From positions 16,182,001-16,246,000 of the forward strand of contig OX597828.1 in NCBI GenBank assembly GCA_951406725.2: DNA of 64,000 bases, written 5' to 3'. The notes under the pieces were generated by a model, which saw only the letters and a program-made list of their open reading frames with translations, did not search any database and had not been told where the DNA came from. Both the position numbers and the translations under genes were made by a program. This document shows positions 28,674 through 43,214 of the stretch, piece by piece; within the stretch, counting starts at the first letter, position 1, and each line of letters opens with the position of its first letter. Source of the DNA: Octopus vulgaris. Taxonomy: Eukaryota.

Positions 28674-28730
28674 CTTATTTCGGAGATGTACTTGCATAGC
28701 AAGTGACCTGATCTGAGATCGTGTGCTGAA

Positions 28731-29028
28731 ACAAAAACAATTGCAGCGTGGAAGATGTTTATAAGCCATTTAAAAACACACAAACACCATTAGATTCACT
28801 TCAAAATTTTAATTTAATTTGCCAGAACATTTTCGTCGCTTGAGACCGTGACCTGTTAACTGAGAAAATTTCGTGATTCATATATATATGCATGCGCATA
28901 CATACGTACGTAGATACATATGTGTATGCCTGTTTGGCAAATTAAATTTAAATGTTGAAGTGAATCTAACGGTTTTTGTGTGTTTTAATATGGCTTCTGG
29001 ACACCTTCCACGCTGCAATTGCTTTTGT
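28731..29028. repeat. Imperfect inverted repeat (~97-bp arms, ~100-bp spacer)
   Basis: 28731-28828 is reverse-complementary to 28932-29028. Confidence 0.8.
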
Positions 29029-29117
29029 ATATACATACATACATACATCCATCCATATAAATACATATATATATATATATATATATAAATATATATGTAT
29101 ACATATATATATATATG

Positions 29118-29171
<54 letters not shown>

Positions 29172-29173
29172 TG

Positions 29174-29231
<58 letters not shown>

Positions 29232-30031
29232 GCGACAAGCGGGCAGAATCATTAGCTCAATGTGCAAAAGGTTAAGTACCATTTCAATCATCTTTACGTT
29301 CTGAGTTCAAATTCCGCCCAAGTTCAAATTTGACTTTCCTCTTTTCGGGGGTCGATAAAATAAGTAATAGTTGAGCACTGGAGTCGATACAATCGATATA
29401 ATAGCCAAAATTCGAAACCTGTAAATGTGTGTGTATGTGTATGTATGTGTATGTGCGTTGTTTGCAGTAATTGCTTGTTCCTATGCAATAACATTAAGTG
29501 CTCTATATATTCCTCTGTTAGAAGTACACAGACGCTGTTAAAATTGTGAGTTAGTAAACAGGAATATATTTTTTATATTCTAAAGACGTGAAAAAAAAAT
29601 CATGTTTAACTACAAAGACGTATACCCATACACGCAAACAGGCATACACATATGTATCTACATTCGTACGTACCTATGTATGTATGTATGTATGTATGTA
29701 TGTGTGTATGTATGTATGTATGTATGTATGTATGCATGCATGTATGTATGCCCGTATGCATGTATGTATCTATGTATGTATGTATGTATGTATAAATGTA
29801 TGTATGTATGTATGCATGTATGCATGTATGCATGTATGTATGTATGTATGTATGTGTGTATGTATATATGTACGTATGTGGGCATGTATGTATGTATGTA
29901 TATATGAATGTACGAGCTTATATATGTATGTCAATATGTACGAATAAATATATAAATATATATATGTGCTTATATGTATACACACACACACTTATATTGA
30001 TATATATATAGAGAGAGAGACACACTCACAC

Positions 30032-30148
<117 letters not shown>

Positions 30149-30386
30149 ATATATATATTAATGATTGTTCACCAGTTGCAGCATGTTTCTATCTACGGTG
30201 TCATCAGATGAATGTAAAATGTATAATGGGATCAAGTTCGAAAATAGATTATTATTGATTGCAAATATGGAAAATTCTGGAAGAAACGGGGTTGGGGAAA
30301 CTGGGACGTTGTGAATTTTATTATCGAGGGATTTTTACCCACATTTGTTACAGTTCAAACGGTTTTACTTGAACAAAATAAAGGGC

Positions 30387-30453
<67 letters not shown>

Positions 30454-30551
30454 ATATACATATATATGTATGTGTGTATGTGTGTATGTGTGTGTGTGCA
30501 CGTGTGTGTTTTTGTCTTGATTTTGATATATATATATACACATACACATAC

Positions 30552-30582
<31 letters not shown>

Positions 30583-31237
30583 AATATATATATATATATA
30601 CATAAATATGTATATGTGTATTTTTAGACACAAATATGCGTCTTTGTCTATATTTGTGTGTGTGTACTAAGAGCGAAGAAAAGGAGGGGAGAGAGAGAGA
30701 GACAGAGAGAGAGAGAGAAAGCTGAATGACAGTGAATGTGTGAGGTGGAGGGAATGGAATAAAATGCATTAGAAAGATATAAATAAAAAGAGAAGCAACA
30801 GAGAGAGGAGGAGGACAAGGAGGAGGGTGAGTAGAAACTTAGTGTGGCCAAAAGTTCTTAGTACTGTGGACTTTCGTTCAAAGGATTTATATTTGAAGAA
30901 AAATAAATTATATAAATATATATATGTGTGTGTATGTGTATATGTAGTTAAATGGAATTGAGTTTATAAGTAAGTTTGGATATTACTGAGTTATGTATAA
31001 CTGTGAGTAAACGATGTAAAGAACAAACAAAATGAGGAGATCAGAAGAAGATGAAAAGAAGAAACGAAGAAGTAAAAAAAAAATGGAAGCAAGTTCATGG
31101 TTCAGAGTAGTTTAATGCATACGAGGCTAATGGTTAGGGTACGTCTATTAGGAATAGGTCATCACCTAGATGTGTAGGAAATAGTGGCAATAAATCTAGT
31201 GAGGAATTTTACAGTCAAAATGAAAGTTTTTGTGTTC

Positions 31238-31286
<49 letters not shown>

Positions 31287-31294
31287 TATATATA

Positions 31295-31385
31295 TATACA
31301 TGTGTTCGTATATACATGTGTTCGTATATACATGTGTTCGTATATACATAGTGTTCGTATATGTACACAGTGTTCGTATACGTAT
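31295..31385. repeat. 18-bp minisatellite (GTGTTCGTATATACAT-type), about 5 units
   Basis: Repeated gtgttcgtata units. Confidence 0.85.
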
Positions 31386-31389
31386 ACAT

Positions 31390-31433
<44 letters not shown>

Positions 31434-31559
31434 TTTAACTACTTATAGATAACTATGTGCTTTAAAATATTTCCATAACATCCTAGCGCTTGTTTGTTCA
31501 TGTGGTTACTGTTAAAGTTGTAATGTAGTGAGTTAAATCATAATATGCAAAGATGTGAA

Positions 31560-32320
31560 TGTGGTGAACTGACAGAGGCGTTTGCAAAACCAGGCAAAAA
31601 ATAAAGTTGCTTAGTGATAGTTCGTCCGTCTTTATGTTCTGAGTTCAAATTCCACCGAGTCCGCTTTGCTTTTTACCGTTTCGGGGGTCGGTAAAATAAA
31701 TACCAATTGTAAACTGCGGTCCATGTAAGTTACTTGGAGCGAGGAAAAGACGAGGAAGAGAACTCAATGATAGTGGATTCTTGGGAGGAATGGATGATGG
31801 AATAAAACGCATCAGAAAGATATAAGATTTGCCGTTCATCCTTTTCGGGGTCGATAAAATAAGTACACGTTGTACATTGGGGTCAATGTAGTCGACTGGT
31901 TTCCTCCCCACAAAATTGTCGGCCGTGTGCAATGTGAAGGCGGTAAGCTAGCAGAATCGTTACTGCCCCTGGCAAAATGCGTATCAGTGTTTCGCCCGTT
32001 TTTATGTTCCGAGTTCAAATGCCACCGGGGTCGAGTTTGCCTTTCATGTTTTCGGTATCGATGAAATAATTACCATTTGAGCACTGGGCTCGATATAATA
32101 GACTTACCCCTTCCCTCGTATTGCTAGCCCTGTGCAAAAATTCGAAACCATAATTTAAAAGCCACGTTCTAGATAAAATGCTTAGCAGCATGTCTTTCAA
32201 ATCGCTACGTTCTGAGTTCGAATTCCGCCGAGGTCAATTTTGTTTTTCCTCTTTTCGCGGTCGATGCAATGGGCAATCCATACCCCTTAAAATTACAGGC
32301 TTGGTGCCAAAATTAGAATG
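31560..32320 (+). mobile_element. Cluster of 4 diverged, co-oriented family B-related SINE copies
   Basis: Repeated GAGTTCAAAT..GCCTTTCATCCTTTCGGGGTCGATAAAATAAGTACC-like cores at about 31640, 31836, 32010 and 32213. Confidence 0.7.
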
Positions 32321-32539
32321 GAAAAGAATATATAAAACGTAAAGGCAGTGCGCTGGTAAAAATCGTCGGTGCATCGGACAAAATGCAATATTAAGGAGTA
32401 TTTTTATGAGTACTACCAGGTTCGTTGATTCCATATATTGTGACTTATATATATACATATATATATATATGTATGTATACTTATATGACGGGTGTCCGCA
32501 CAGTTTCTGTCTACCGAATTCACTGACATCGCATTGGTC

Positions 32540-32837
32540 GAAAGGATGAAAGGCAAGGTCGACTTCGGTGGAATTTGAACTTAAAACGTTGCAGCAGAGA
32601 CGAAATACCTATTTCTTTACTACCCACAAGGGGCTAAACACAGAGAGGACAAACAAGGACAGACACACGGATTAAGTCGATTATATCGACACCAGTGCGT
32701 AACTGGCACTTAATTTATCGACCCTGAAAAGATGGAAGGCAAAGTCGACCTCGGTGGAATTTGAACTCAGAACGTAACGGCAGACGATGTACCGCTAAGC
32801 ATTTCGCCCGGCGTGCTAACGATTCTGCCAGCTCGCT
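32540..32837 (-). mobile_element. Family B SINE multimer
   Basis: Junction gaaatac|ctatttc at ~32608; head ends at ~32837. Confidence 0.8.
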
Positions 32838-33513
32838 GATATTGAGATCCTTTAAAGTCGTTGTTTCTCCATCTCTAGTTGGGAAGTACGGTTTTTATTC
32901 TCTCTTCATACAGGCCTTAAAAAGTCCACAAGTTGAGTGCATGAAACGCAGGATGTGGCCCAATAGCTTTAGGACGTCGCTTTTAACTTTACTAAAACTG
33001 CTTGTAGTTGTATCATTTTCCTTAGATTTAGCATTTTAATTACGTCACTTAAATGCTTACTAGTAATTTACTTTGGGATATAAGTGAGAAAAGCTTCAAT
33101 TTATGAAGTAGTTTTGATTTTTTAAAAATAAGATGACGCATAAATACAAGAACAAACGTTGTTCACCATTTTTGTTTTCAATCTACAGAAAAATAAGTAA
33201 GTCAGTTCTATGTGAATGTTTACTACGTAGATTTACATATATTATATCATATAATAATAAAGGGTAAAATTAATTAATCAATTAATAATTAATAATTTTA
33301 CCAAATAGTTCAGTATGTTAAAAGAACCGTTATCGGTAAACTTATACAAAAATTCTATAATTATGAGCATAATTATAATTGGGGTTGAGCAAAATTTGCT
33401 TCACCCCATACCGAAATTTAGAAATAGCAGTTAAAATACTATTCTTCTACCAAAAGATATCTCCCAGACAGCAATACTCAACAACTCACGCAGGTAAAGA
33501 GGAAAAAATAACG

Positions 33514-33640
33514 AATCCACCCGGCTTTGATTAACTGTATACGCGTTTCGGGGTTAGAGAGATGTAAAAATATGGATTTACATTTTTTACATCTCTCTAA
33601 CGTCGAAACGCGTATACAGTTAATCAAAGCCGGGTGGATT
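33514..33640. repeat. Near-perfect hairpin (~57-bp arms) at the end of a probable Penelope-like terminal repeat
   Basis: 33514-33570 is reverse-complementary to 33583-33640; contains the hammerhead 3' half GAAA-cgcg-TA. Confidence 0.85.
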
Positions 33641-33669
33641 GCTTATTTTTTAGTCGATTGGATTTTTTT

Positions 33670-33800
33670 TTAAAGACTGGCACTTATTCTATCGATCCCT
33701 TTTGCTGTACATCGCCAAGTTACGTGGACGTATACACGCCAGCACCGGTTGTCCAGCGGTGGTAGGGAACAAAGAGAGACAGACAGACTAACACACACAC

Positions 33801-33846
<46 letters not shown>

Positions 33847-34110
33847 CATCGGGCCTTGTGAATGGATTTCGTAGATGGAAACTGAAGTTATTCCGTCATA
33901 TATATATATATGTATATATATATAACGGAATGACTTCAGTTTCCATCTACGAAATCCATTATATATATATATATATGACGGAATAACTTCAGTTTCAATC
34001 TACGAAATCCATTCACAAGGCCCGATGCTATAGCAGAAGGCACTTACTCAAGCTGTCACGCAGTGGGATTGAACCCAGAACCATGTGTTTGAGAAGCAAG
34101 CTTCTTACCA
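33670..34110 (-). mobile_element. Family A SINE with an internal inverted/direct triplication
   Basis: SINE body homology. 33842-33900 is the inverse of 33975-34032, and a third partial copy lies at 33925-33960. Confidence 0.8.
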
Positions 34111-34943
34111 CAAAACTCATTTTGATTGATATTAATTAGCTTAATGGAGGGTCATTTATATATCGTATAATGTTTTAGAAGCAAAAGATAGACTTGTAAT
34201 ATCAATTAGATGTTTGGTTGAACTTTTATTTATATGGAACAAAGTTTCGGAAACAAAAGCATCAGTCCCCAAAGAACAACCTTCCCTTTCACGTAAACAC
34301 ATACACACAAATCCACTTAGACAAATCCCTTAAAAAATAACAACCTATCTTTCAAATACATACACATGCACGAACACATTCGCACGTGCAGCCCCATAAA
34401 AACATCCAGTATACCGTGCGTGTGTGTATACATGCTTACGCCTGTATATCTCTGTGTTTGTGTGTGTACGTGTATATATATATATATATACATACATTTC
34501 TGTGTCTGTGTTTTGCTTGTTGGTTAGTGTCTGTGTGCGCGTGCGTTTCCACAATAAACTTCATAACGCCTTTCCACTTCCCATTGCCATGTGTAGCACT
34601 TTAGAAGGCAAACATAAATACGACTCATTGATGGCCGACATGATGACTAATTTTCGAACAAAAATATGGATCTGCAATCCTTGTCAGTGAATGGAAGTCA
34701 CACAAAACGTTAGTTATTCCGTAATCTCGACAGTTTAATGTTTTATATATAATCCTCCTCCACAACAGAACAACACAAAAGATTCCTTTTCATAGCACGG
34801 ACTTTTCATTTAAAACGACATGTCTAATTGAACAACTGCAATCTAAATTTATTCATATATATATATTCATATACATGTGCGCATGTATATGTGTATATAT
34901 GTTTATGGTTTTGTGTGTATGTGTGTATATATATATATAAATA

Positions 34944-35006
<63 letters not shown>

Positions 35007-35041
35007 ATATGTATATGTTTATGTGTATATGTATATATGTA

Positions 35042-35086
<45 letters not shown>

Positions 35087-35193
35087 ATATATATATATAC
35101 AGACATATATTTATGTGTTCACATGTACACACATATATGTGCATACTCATATACACGAGTATACATTTATGCATGTATGCATGTGTGTGTATG

Positions 35194-35242
<49 letters not shown>

Positions 35243-35542
35243 TCGTGCGTATATATGTATCTGTCATGCATATTTAAGCTTTTATATAATTGCATGGTTT
35301 TCAGTGTGTCTATATATGTATGTATGTACGTATGGATGTATGCATATATCAAGCTATCTATTTGTCTGTCTGTCTGTCTATCTATTTATACACACATCCA
35401 TATATGCTCACCTATAAACACATATACTTGCGTATGATCAAATGAATTCGTTTGTGCATGTAATAATGAAATTATGAAATACACACATACAAACACGAAC
35501 GTCTTAACACGATATTAGATATACATACACATGCACACGTTG

Positions 35543-35597
<55 letters not shown>

Positions 35598-36249
35598 ATG
35601 CGTGTGTGTGCACATGGACGTGGGCGCGCACACTCACAAACATTTGTATTAATATATTAAAATATTTACAGGAGTTGAATATTTTGCCTTATCATGCAGT
35701 CAGTATGTAATTTAATGTGAAACTTAAAATGCCAACAAATAAAGCAAAATTTGAGCCGATCTTCACAACAAGTGCAGGTTCAATAGATAATTCTCTCTAA
35801 TAAACTCGAAGTCACCATTGTGTTCACAGTCGCTCTTTATAGTATTTTCCAGGCACAGGGGTTGGGCTGTCTATGTGCGCATAAACACACATATATACAT
35901 ATACAATACAATACAAACACACACACCACACGCACATACACATACATACATACATACATACATACATACATACATAAATACATACATACATACATACATA
36001 TATACATGCATACATACACATATATATGTGTGTGTGTGTTTATATGTATGTATAGATATTATTATATACGTATATACGTATATGGGCGTATAACTGCATG
36101 TGTATGCCTTTGTATTTCCATGTCCTCTCCATGTCCCTTTGAATCGATCTGTTCATACACATAGTCCTTCCTTTCTGCCTTCCTTCCTTCCTTCGTATTT
36201 TGTTTCTTTCTTATTCTCATTTTTTCTTACTGTCTTTCTTTCGTTCTCC

Positions 36250-36340
<91 letters not shown>

Positions 36341-36385
36341 TCCTTTCTTTCTGTCTTTCTTTCTGTCTGTCTGTCTTTCTTTCCT

Positions 36386-36460
<75 letters not shown>

Positions 36461-36617
36461 CATTCAATCTTTCATTCATTCACCCTTCATTTCATTTTGA
36501 AATTTAGCTCTTTGTTGCTGTTCATGTTGTTGGTGTTATTTGCGTTCGTTATCCTATCATTCTTTATCTTCCATCTGCCATGAATGCTTTTTACTCATTC
36601 GCATTATTATTAACATG

Positions 36618-36699
<82 letters not shown>

Positions 36700-37431
36700 T
36701 ATTCTAACAACAAAATAAACCAACAATTTTGCTGCTTTTAAACTAACAGAAACACAAGCAAAAACAAACAAAAATATTTAAAAAAAAAATCAAATCTAAA
36801 ATATACCAATACCAATAACAACAATAACAACAACAACAACAGTAACAACGACAACAACAATAACAACAATAACAAGAGCGACGATGACGATGATAATAAT
36901 CGTAATCTGCCAACCTACCACCTTCCATCTTTTTTTTAATCTTTTTTTCAAATTTACACTTTATTAATAATGAATACAATATGTATACGTATATACCTAC
37001 CTAGATACGTATATATATAAACATTTATATACACACACATATATATACACACATATATATATATAAACATTTATATACACACACATATATATATACACAC
37101 ATATATATATATATATATACATATTTATGCATATCTATATGTATGTATATGTTTGTATGTATTTTTATATTTGCATATATATTTATCTGTTGCTAAATTG
37201 GAATCTTTGTAGCATGGGTGTACTTGGTTTCGTTATTGCTCTTCCTTTGTGTTGTTTATTGTTGTTTTTTTACATTTGTAAACAGTTTTAAACCTATATA
37301 CATTCATGCATACATACATATATGCATACGTATATACATACATACCTACATATATTTATATATGTACATATATATATACATACATATATATATATATACA
37401 CATATATATATATATATACATGCATCTATAA

Positions 37432-37477
<46 letters not shown>

Positions 37478-37701
37478 TGATATATATATATATATATACA
37501 TACATACATATATGTATATATTTTTGTTTATAAATCTATGTATATGCATGCATAGACACATCTACGCAATAACTATTATTGAATTGTAACCGATAATTAA
37601 AAAAACAAAAAAGCAAATAGACAGAACAAACATACAATCAAGCAACCACAATAACAGAAACGAATAGTAATAATAATAATAATGATAATAATAATAATAT
37701 G

Positions 37702-37762
<61 letters not shown>

Positions 37763-38362
37763 TAATAATAATGATAATAATAATAATAATAATAAAAGAC
37801 GACGTAATTTAATAAAAGTGCTTCTTTTTTATATTTATGATATTTTATTTTATCTTTTTATATTTTTCACTTCTATTTTCATTTATTTATTTATTTATCT
37901 ATTTATTTATTCATTTAATTTTCTTTCTGTAGAAATAATCGCCACTAAAATTTGAGAGATGAAAATTCATGATATTGAGAATCAATACATTTGTTCTCTT
38001 TCTATACATCATTATGGGTGCAAAAAGGAATACAAGCGGAGAACTGATGTGGTTTACATTTAGACGCTTTTGATAAAGAGACCATATTTTATTCGTCGAA
38101 ACTCTGTTTCCATTGTAAGCGGTCGTACATAACAAACAGAATCGCTTGTTACAATTGGCGTTCTCCTGAATATATATATATATTTTTTTTAAAATGCCTC
38201 CCTTTTGGAATATTGCGGTTAAACGCTAGCCAACTTTTATACTTGTTTATAATTTTTTGTTGCTTTTTTTCCCCCACCAAGGCAATGAAATAATTTCCCT
38301 TTCCTAGACTATTTAGTTGAGATATAAATAAAAGTGGTAAATAAATTATCAAATGAATAAGA

Positions 38363-38424
<62 letters not shown>

Positions 38425-38534
38425 AGATCACGTGACCGATCAGACCATCAGATGTTGCTACACATCGCTGGTCACATTGCGCTTCGCATTGTTTTAGCCT
38501 TCGAATGACGCCACCCCGCTGGCTAAGCGAGCAG

Positions 38535-38592
<58 letters not shown>

Positions 38593-38657
38593 TACACACA
38601 TACATACATACATACATACATACATACATACATACATACATACATACATACATACAT

Positions 38658-38692
<35 letters not shown>

Positions 38693-38825
38693 TACGGTTC
38701 TGACGGCTGTAGTAGCTCATTTGGGTAAATCGGTACACTATCAAACCAGCTAAGAGATCTTTTGTTTAAGTTCAGAGTTCTAGTCACACTGACAGAGAAT
38801 TTATCTTTTCATTCTCCCAGATTAG

Positions 38826-38864
<39 letters not shown>

Positions 38865-38889
38865 AGAGAGAGAGAGAGAGAGAGATTTG

Positions 38890-39352
38890 TTTACTTGTTT
38901 CATCAATTTGACTGCGGCCATGCTGGTGCACCCCCTTTAGTCGAACAATTCGAATCCAGGATTTATTCTTTGTAAGCGTAGTACTTATTCTATCGATCTC
39001 TTTTGCCGAACCGCTAATTTATGTGGGCGTAAACACACCAACATCGGTTATCATGTGATGGTGGTAGGGGACAAAGACAAACTCAGAAATAGATACACAC
39101 ACACGCGCACACACACATACGCACACACACGCATACGCACACACACAGGCACATATATATAGAGAGAGATACATAGATAGATATAGATATATATACGACG
39201 GGCTTCTTTCAGTTTCCATCTACCAAATCCACTTACAAGGCTTTAATCGGCCCGAGCGTATAGTCGAAGAAACTTGCCCAAGGCTCCACGCAGTAGGACT
39301 GAACCCAGTCACATGTGGTTGGAAAGCAAGCATCTTACCACACAACCACCCC
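38890..39352 (-). mobile_element. Family A SINE
   Basis: Homology to 50325-50750 in reverse orientation. Confidence 0.85.
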
Positions 39353-39489
39353 TGTTCATCATTTTTTTTCAGTTTACAGAGGAATAGTTAAATTTTCCAT
39401 GTTGGTATGTTTGTTACGACAGTTTAAATATAATGTATCATACTCTGATACTCTATACGATGAGATCACCGTTAGTAATAACTGATTTC

Positions 39490-39690
39490 AAGTTTTGGTA
39501 CAAGGCCAGCAGTTTTGGGGGAATAGGGTAAGTCGATTACATGGACCCAGTCGATTACATGGTACTTATTTTATTGACCCCGAAACGATGAAAAGTAAAG
39601 TTAACCTCAGCGGAAATTGAACTGAGCACAAAGACGGACGAAATGCCGCTAAGCATTTTGCACGAAGTGCTAACGATTCTGCCAGCTTGT
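39490..39690 (-). mobile_element. Family B-related SINE (alternative tail)
   Basis: Head and core homology; similar copies at about 42680-42892 and 29230-29420. Confidence 0.7.
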
Positions 39691-39823
39691 TGACATCACG
39701 TTGGTATCAAAGTCTTAAACACTTATAGCACGTTAATTTGTATCTCCAGTTCTCCGAATTTAAGAAATTTGCCGCGTATATAAATGTGTTGATTTCCTAT
39801 TTCTCAGGCATTGGTCAGAATGA

Positions 39824-39880
39824 TGTAGACACCGCTGACGAGACTTCACTAAGGTTCGAAAATTGATTAAGGCTCTACAT
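39824..39880 (+). ncRNA. Degenerate type I hammerhead ribozyme motif
   Basis: atgtagacaccg-CTGACGA-gacttcactaaggttc-GAAA-attgat-TA-aggctctacat. Core is intact; stems are imperfect. Confidence 0.55.
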
Positions 39881-40224
39881 AATATTCTTCAGTACATAAT
39901 GCAATAATTAAGTTTTCCATATTTGTATGGTTACTACGTAGGTTTACAAAACTTGCTACGGACATGCAGTGGAAGTTGATAGGCCTAACAGTTCCCAACA
40001 CTCAAGATGTGCTGCTTTACTTAGAGCTTTACTAGGAACAATGTGGCATTGTTATGATCTTCTATGATAATTTGGGAAGTTATGCCAATGTTTCTAAGAA
40101 GGCAGATAATTATACAGAATGCAACAATGATTTGTGGAATCTGAATCAGTTGGTAATTGTGTCAGTGACCCTTTGTAACAATGGGGTCAGTTGAAAGGAT
40201 GTATTACGAGTCTTCTTTTATTTT

Positions 40225-40611
40225 TTTATTTGTTTCAGGCTTTGGCTGCGGCCATGCTGGAGTATCACCTTCAGCCAAAACAAATCGACCCCAGGACTTA
40301 TTCTTTCTAAACCTAGTACTTAATCTATCTTTCGCTTTTGCCGAACCGCTATGTTACGGGACGTAAACACACCAGCATCGGTTGTCAAGCGATGATGGCG
40401 GACAAACGCAGACAAACATACAAACACACACACACGCACACACAAATACGATGGGCTTGTTTCAGTTTACGTCTACCAAATCCACTCACATGACTTTGGT
40501 CGTCCCGAGGCTATAGTAGAAGACACTCGCCCAAGGTGCCACGTTGTGGGACTGAACCCGGAACAGTGTGGTTGGTAAGCAAGCTACTTACCACACAGCC
40601 ATGCCTACGCC
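40225..40611 (-). mobile_element. Family A SINE
   Basis: Head GGCGTAGGCATGGCTGTGTGGTAAG...GGGTTCAGTCCC on the minus strand; full body and tail. Confidence 0.85.
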
Positions 40612-40667
<56 letters not shown>

Positions 40668-41609
40668 TATATGCGTGTGTGTTGTACGAAAAAGAAATGA
40701 TCTCTGCGTGTTGATACAAAAATGAGAGAAAGTACAAACGATAAGAAATTAGAACACAAAACGTGCCCAACGAACGGTGAAATTTCTGTTCATCAGCTGT
40801 GTATGCTAGGAAATATTCGTAGTTTCTGCGCATGAGGACAGTGCTACATAACACTGTGCTTCCGACTACTCTGGATACAGTTGTTTGGAGATGGCTACCA
40901 TGAAGACATCTCGTCTTCATGGTAGCCTTTGATGAAGTCGTCCATGGTGCAATACGTCACAAGGTGCGTGATTTCGACATAGTGGAAAATGTTGGAGAGT
41001 GGCTATACAATTTTTTAAAAGACAAGTCAGGCAGTGGTGGCCAATGGAGCCACCTCTAAGGAAACACAAATAGTGAGTGGTGTTCTACAGAGCACTGTCT
41101 TGGGGCCACTGCTATCCATCGTGGCTCTCTGACATATGAAAGAGGCACTTGCTAGCTATACAGACGATACTAAAGTCTCTCAAAGGATAAAGAACGCCGT
41201 AGATATTGCACACCTACAACAGGAGCTGGACGCAATATACAATAATTTGTAGCTTAATGCTGGAACACTTCAATCCATGCGCTACCAGCACACGAAGCTG
41301 ATTGGAATGCAGACAGGATATCCTGGCCAAGGAGGGTTTGACGCCCCTGGGCACTGACATGAATAATGATGCTTCTTACTATTATTAAAGTTGGCAATAA
41401 AATGCAGACGGCTGGCAGGATGGATACTAAGACATTTCAGAACGAGAGAACAGGAAACCATGATAGTCTTCTGGAGGACTACTGCTCCCAATTTTGGTCA
41501 TCACACAGTGTAAAATTAACGGCGGAACTCGAAGCAATCCAGCGAAGCTTCAAAAAGAAGATCGTCTCAATGTGACATTGTATCTACTGAAAAAGTTAAA
41601 ACTCTATTC

Positions 41610-42262
41610 CAGTGGTTCTCAACTTTTTCTTACTTATGGACCCCTTTCATTACTATTGTATCTTGGTAGACCCCTATAGCCATTCGATATTGAAATCTAG
41701 TTTTATAAGTACTTTTTTTATAAATACTTATTTTATAATTCAAACATTAACTCGTGTTGTCATAACCATGTAAAACGTTCGAGAAAGAAATTTAGCTGTT
41801 TTTTGCAATTGTTGTTTGTTCTTTCTCGATCCACGCCTGGCTCATAAAGGCCGGTTTCTCGGTTTCCTTGGCGTATAGGTTCCCCACCTGGACGGGACGC
41901 CGGTCCGCCGCAGGTGAGCTGCAAGATGCAGGAGGAAAGAGCGAGAGAAAGTTGTGGCGAAAGAGTCAGCAGAAGTTCGCCGTTACTTTCTGCCGGAGCC
42001 GCGTGGAGCTTAGGTGTTTCGCTCATAAACACACACATCGCCCGATCTGAGATTCGAACCCGCGATCCCTCGACCGCGAGTCCGCTGCTCTAACCACTAG
42101 GCCATGTGCCTCTACGATTTTTGCAATAAATATTAATCAAAAATTTTTCATAAACCCTCAATGTAATACTGTGGATCTTCAATTTACTACTTTTGTTTTC
42201 AAGGACCCAAAAATCTAACATGAAAACCCTGGGATCATATGGACCCCAATTGAGAACCACTG
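41610..42262. mobile_element. hAT (Charlie-like) MITE with 8-bp TSD
   Basis: TIR CAGTGGTTCTCAA...TTGAGAACCACTG; TSD ctctattc (41602-41609) and ctctactc (42263-42270). Confidence 0.88.
41810..42115 (-). mobile_element. Family D SINE nested in the hAT MITE
   Basis: Near-identical to 13626-13937; TSD tttttgcaat on both sides. Confidence 0.9.
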
Positions 42263-43154
42263 CTCTACTCCCTTGAAGGAAGGCTGGAAAGATATATAGT
42301 GATATACATATGAAAAATCCTGGAAAACAAAACCGGGCGCCACTGCGCAGTGCCAAAGGCCCCAACATCACCATCAAGATACAGGGCTAGATACTGTAAC
42401 AGCTTGAGTTTTATTTTTCTATCAACAAGGTGGTGCAGCGGCACACTATCGTCGAGGCATGCGAGCTTAGCTGGATGAGAATTTGAAATGACACTGGATA
42501 GGACGAAAAGATGCAGCTGACTTCCTCGCATGTCCTCCTGATTTAACATCTGCGGTCTTTTACTCAGAATCGAACTTGCGTACTTGTGACACTCGCATTA
42601 CACTATTACCACAAAGTAAGCACAGACACACACAATACCACACATACACCACACCTTACACATGCGTTCATAACTGATTTCAAATTCTGGCACATGGCCA
42701 GAAAGTTCGGAGGTGTAGGTAAGTCGACTACATCAACCCCAGTACTCGACTGGTACTTATTTTATCGACCTAGAAAGGATAAAAACCAAAGTCGACCTCG
42801 GTGGAATTTGAACGCAGAACATAAAGGTGCGCGCAGTGCCGTTAAGCATTTTGCTCGGATGGGTGCTAACAACTCTGCCAACTCGCCGCCTTGTACACAT
42901 GCAAGCATCCATTATTAGGATATTCTCGTAAACACAGATTAAATTACCTCCATAGTATAAAACATGCGCGAATCATCTCTTTCACATAAAACACACAAGT
43001 TACATCCCCTTTCTTCCAATTAGCGAGTATCCCAAGCCGTATACGCTTACGCATTCTAATAAACGTAAAAGTCACACTAACTCACAGCATAACCACATAC
43101 AAATACATACATACATACATACATACATACATACACATATATATATACATATAC

Positions 43155-43214
<60 letters not shown>

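Larger units (their letters stand above)
40790..42412 (+). mobile_element. Decayed CR1-group LINE reverse transcriptase fragment, split by a hAT MITE
   Basis: Translates FDEVVHG..., GEWLYNFLKD, SGVLQSTVLGPLL (GVPQGSVLGP motif), ASYTDDTK (YADD motif), LEAIQRSF and KLKLYS|LEGRLERYIVIYI*KILE, with stops and frameshifts. Confidence 0.85.

Noticed and set aside
40769-40800. CTGATGA-aca-GAAA on the minus strand
   Set aside because: No room for stem II and no stem I pairing; chance match.
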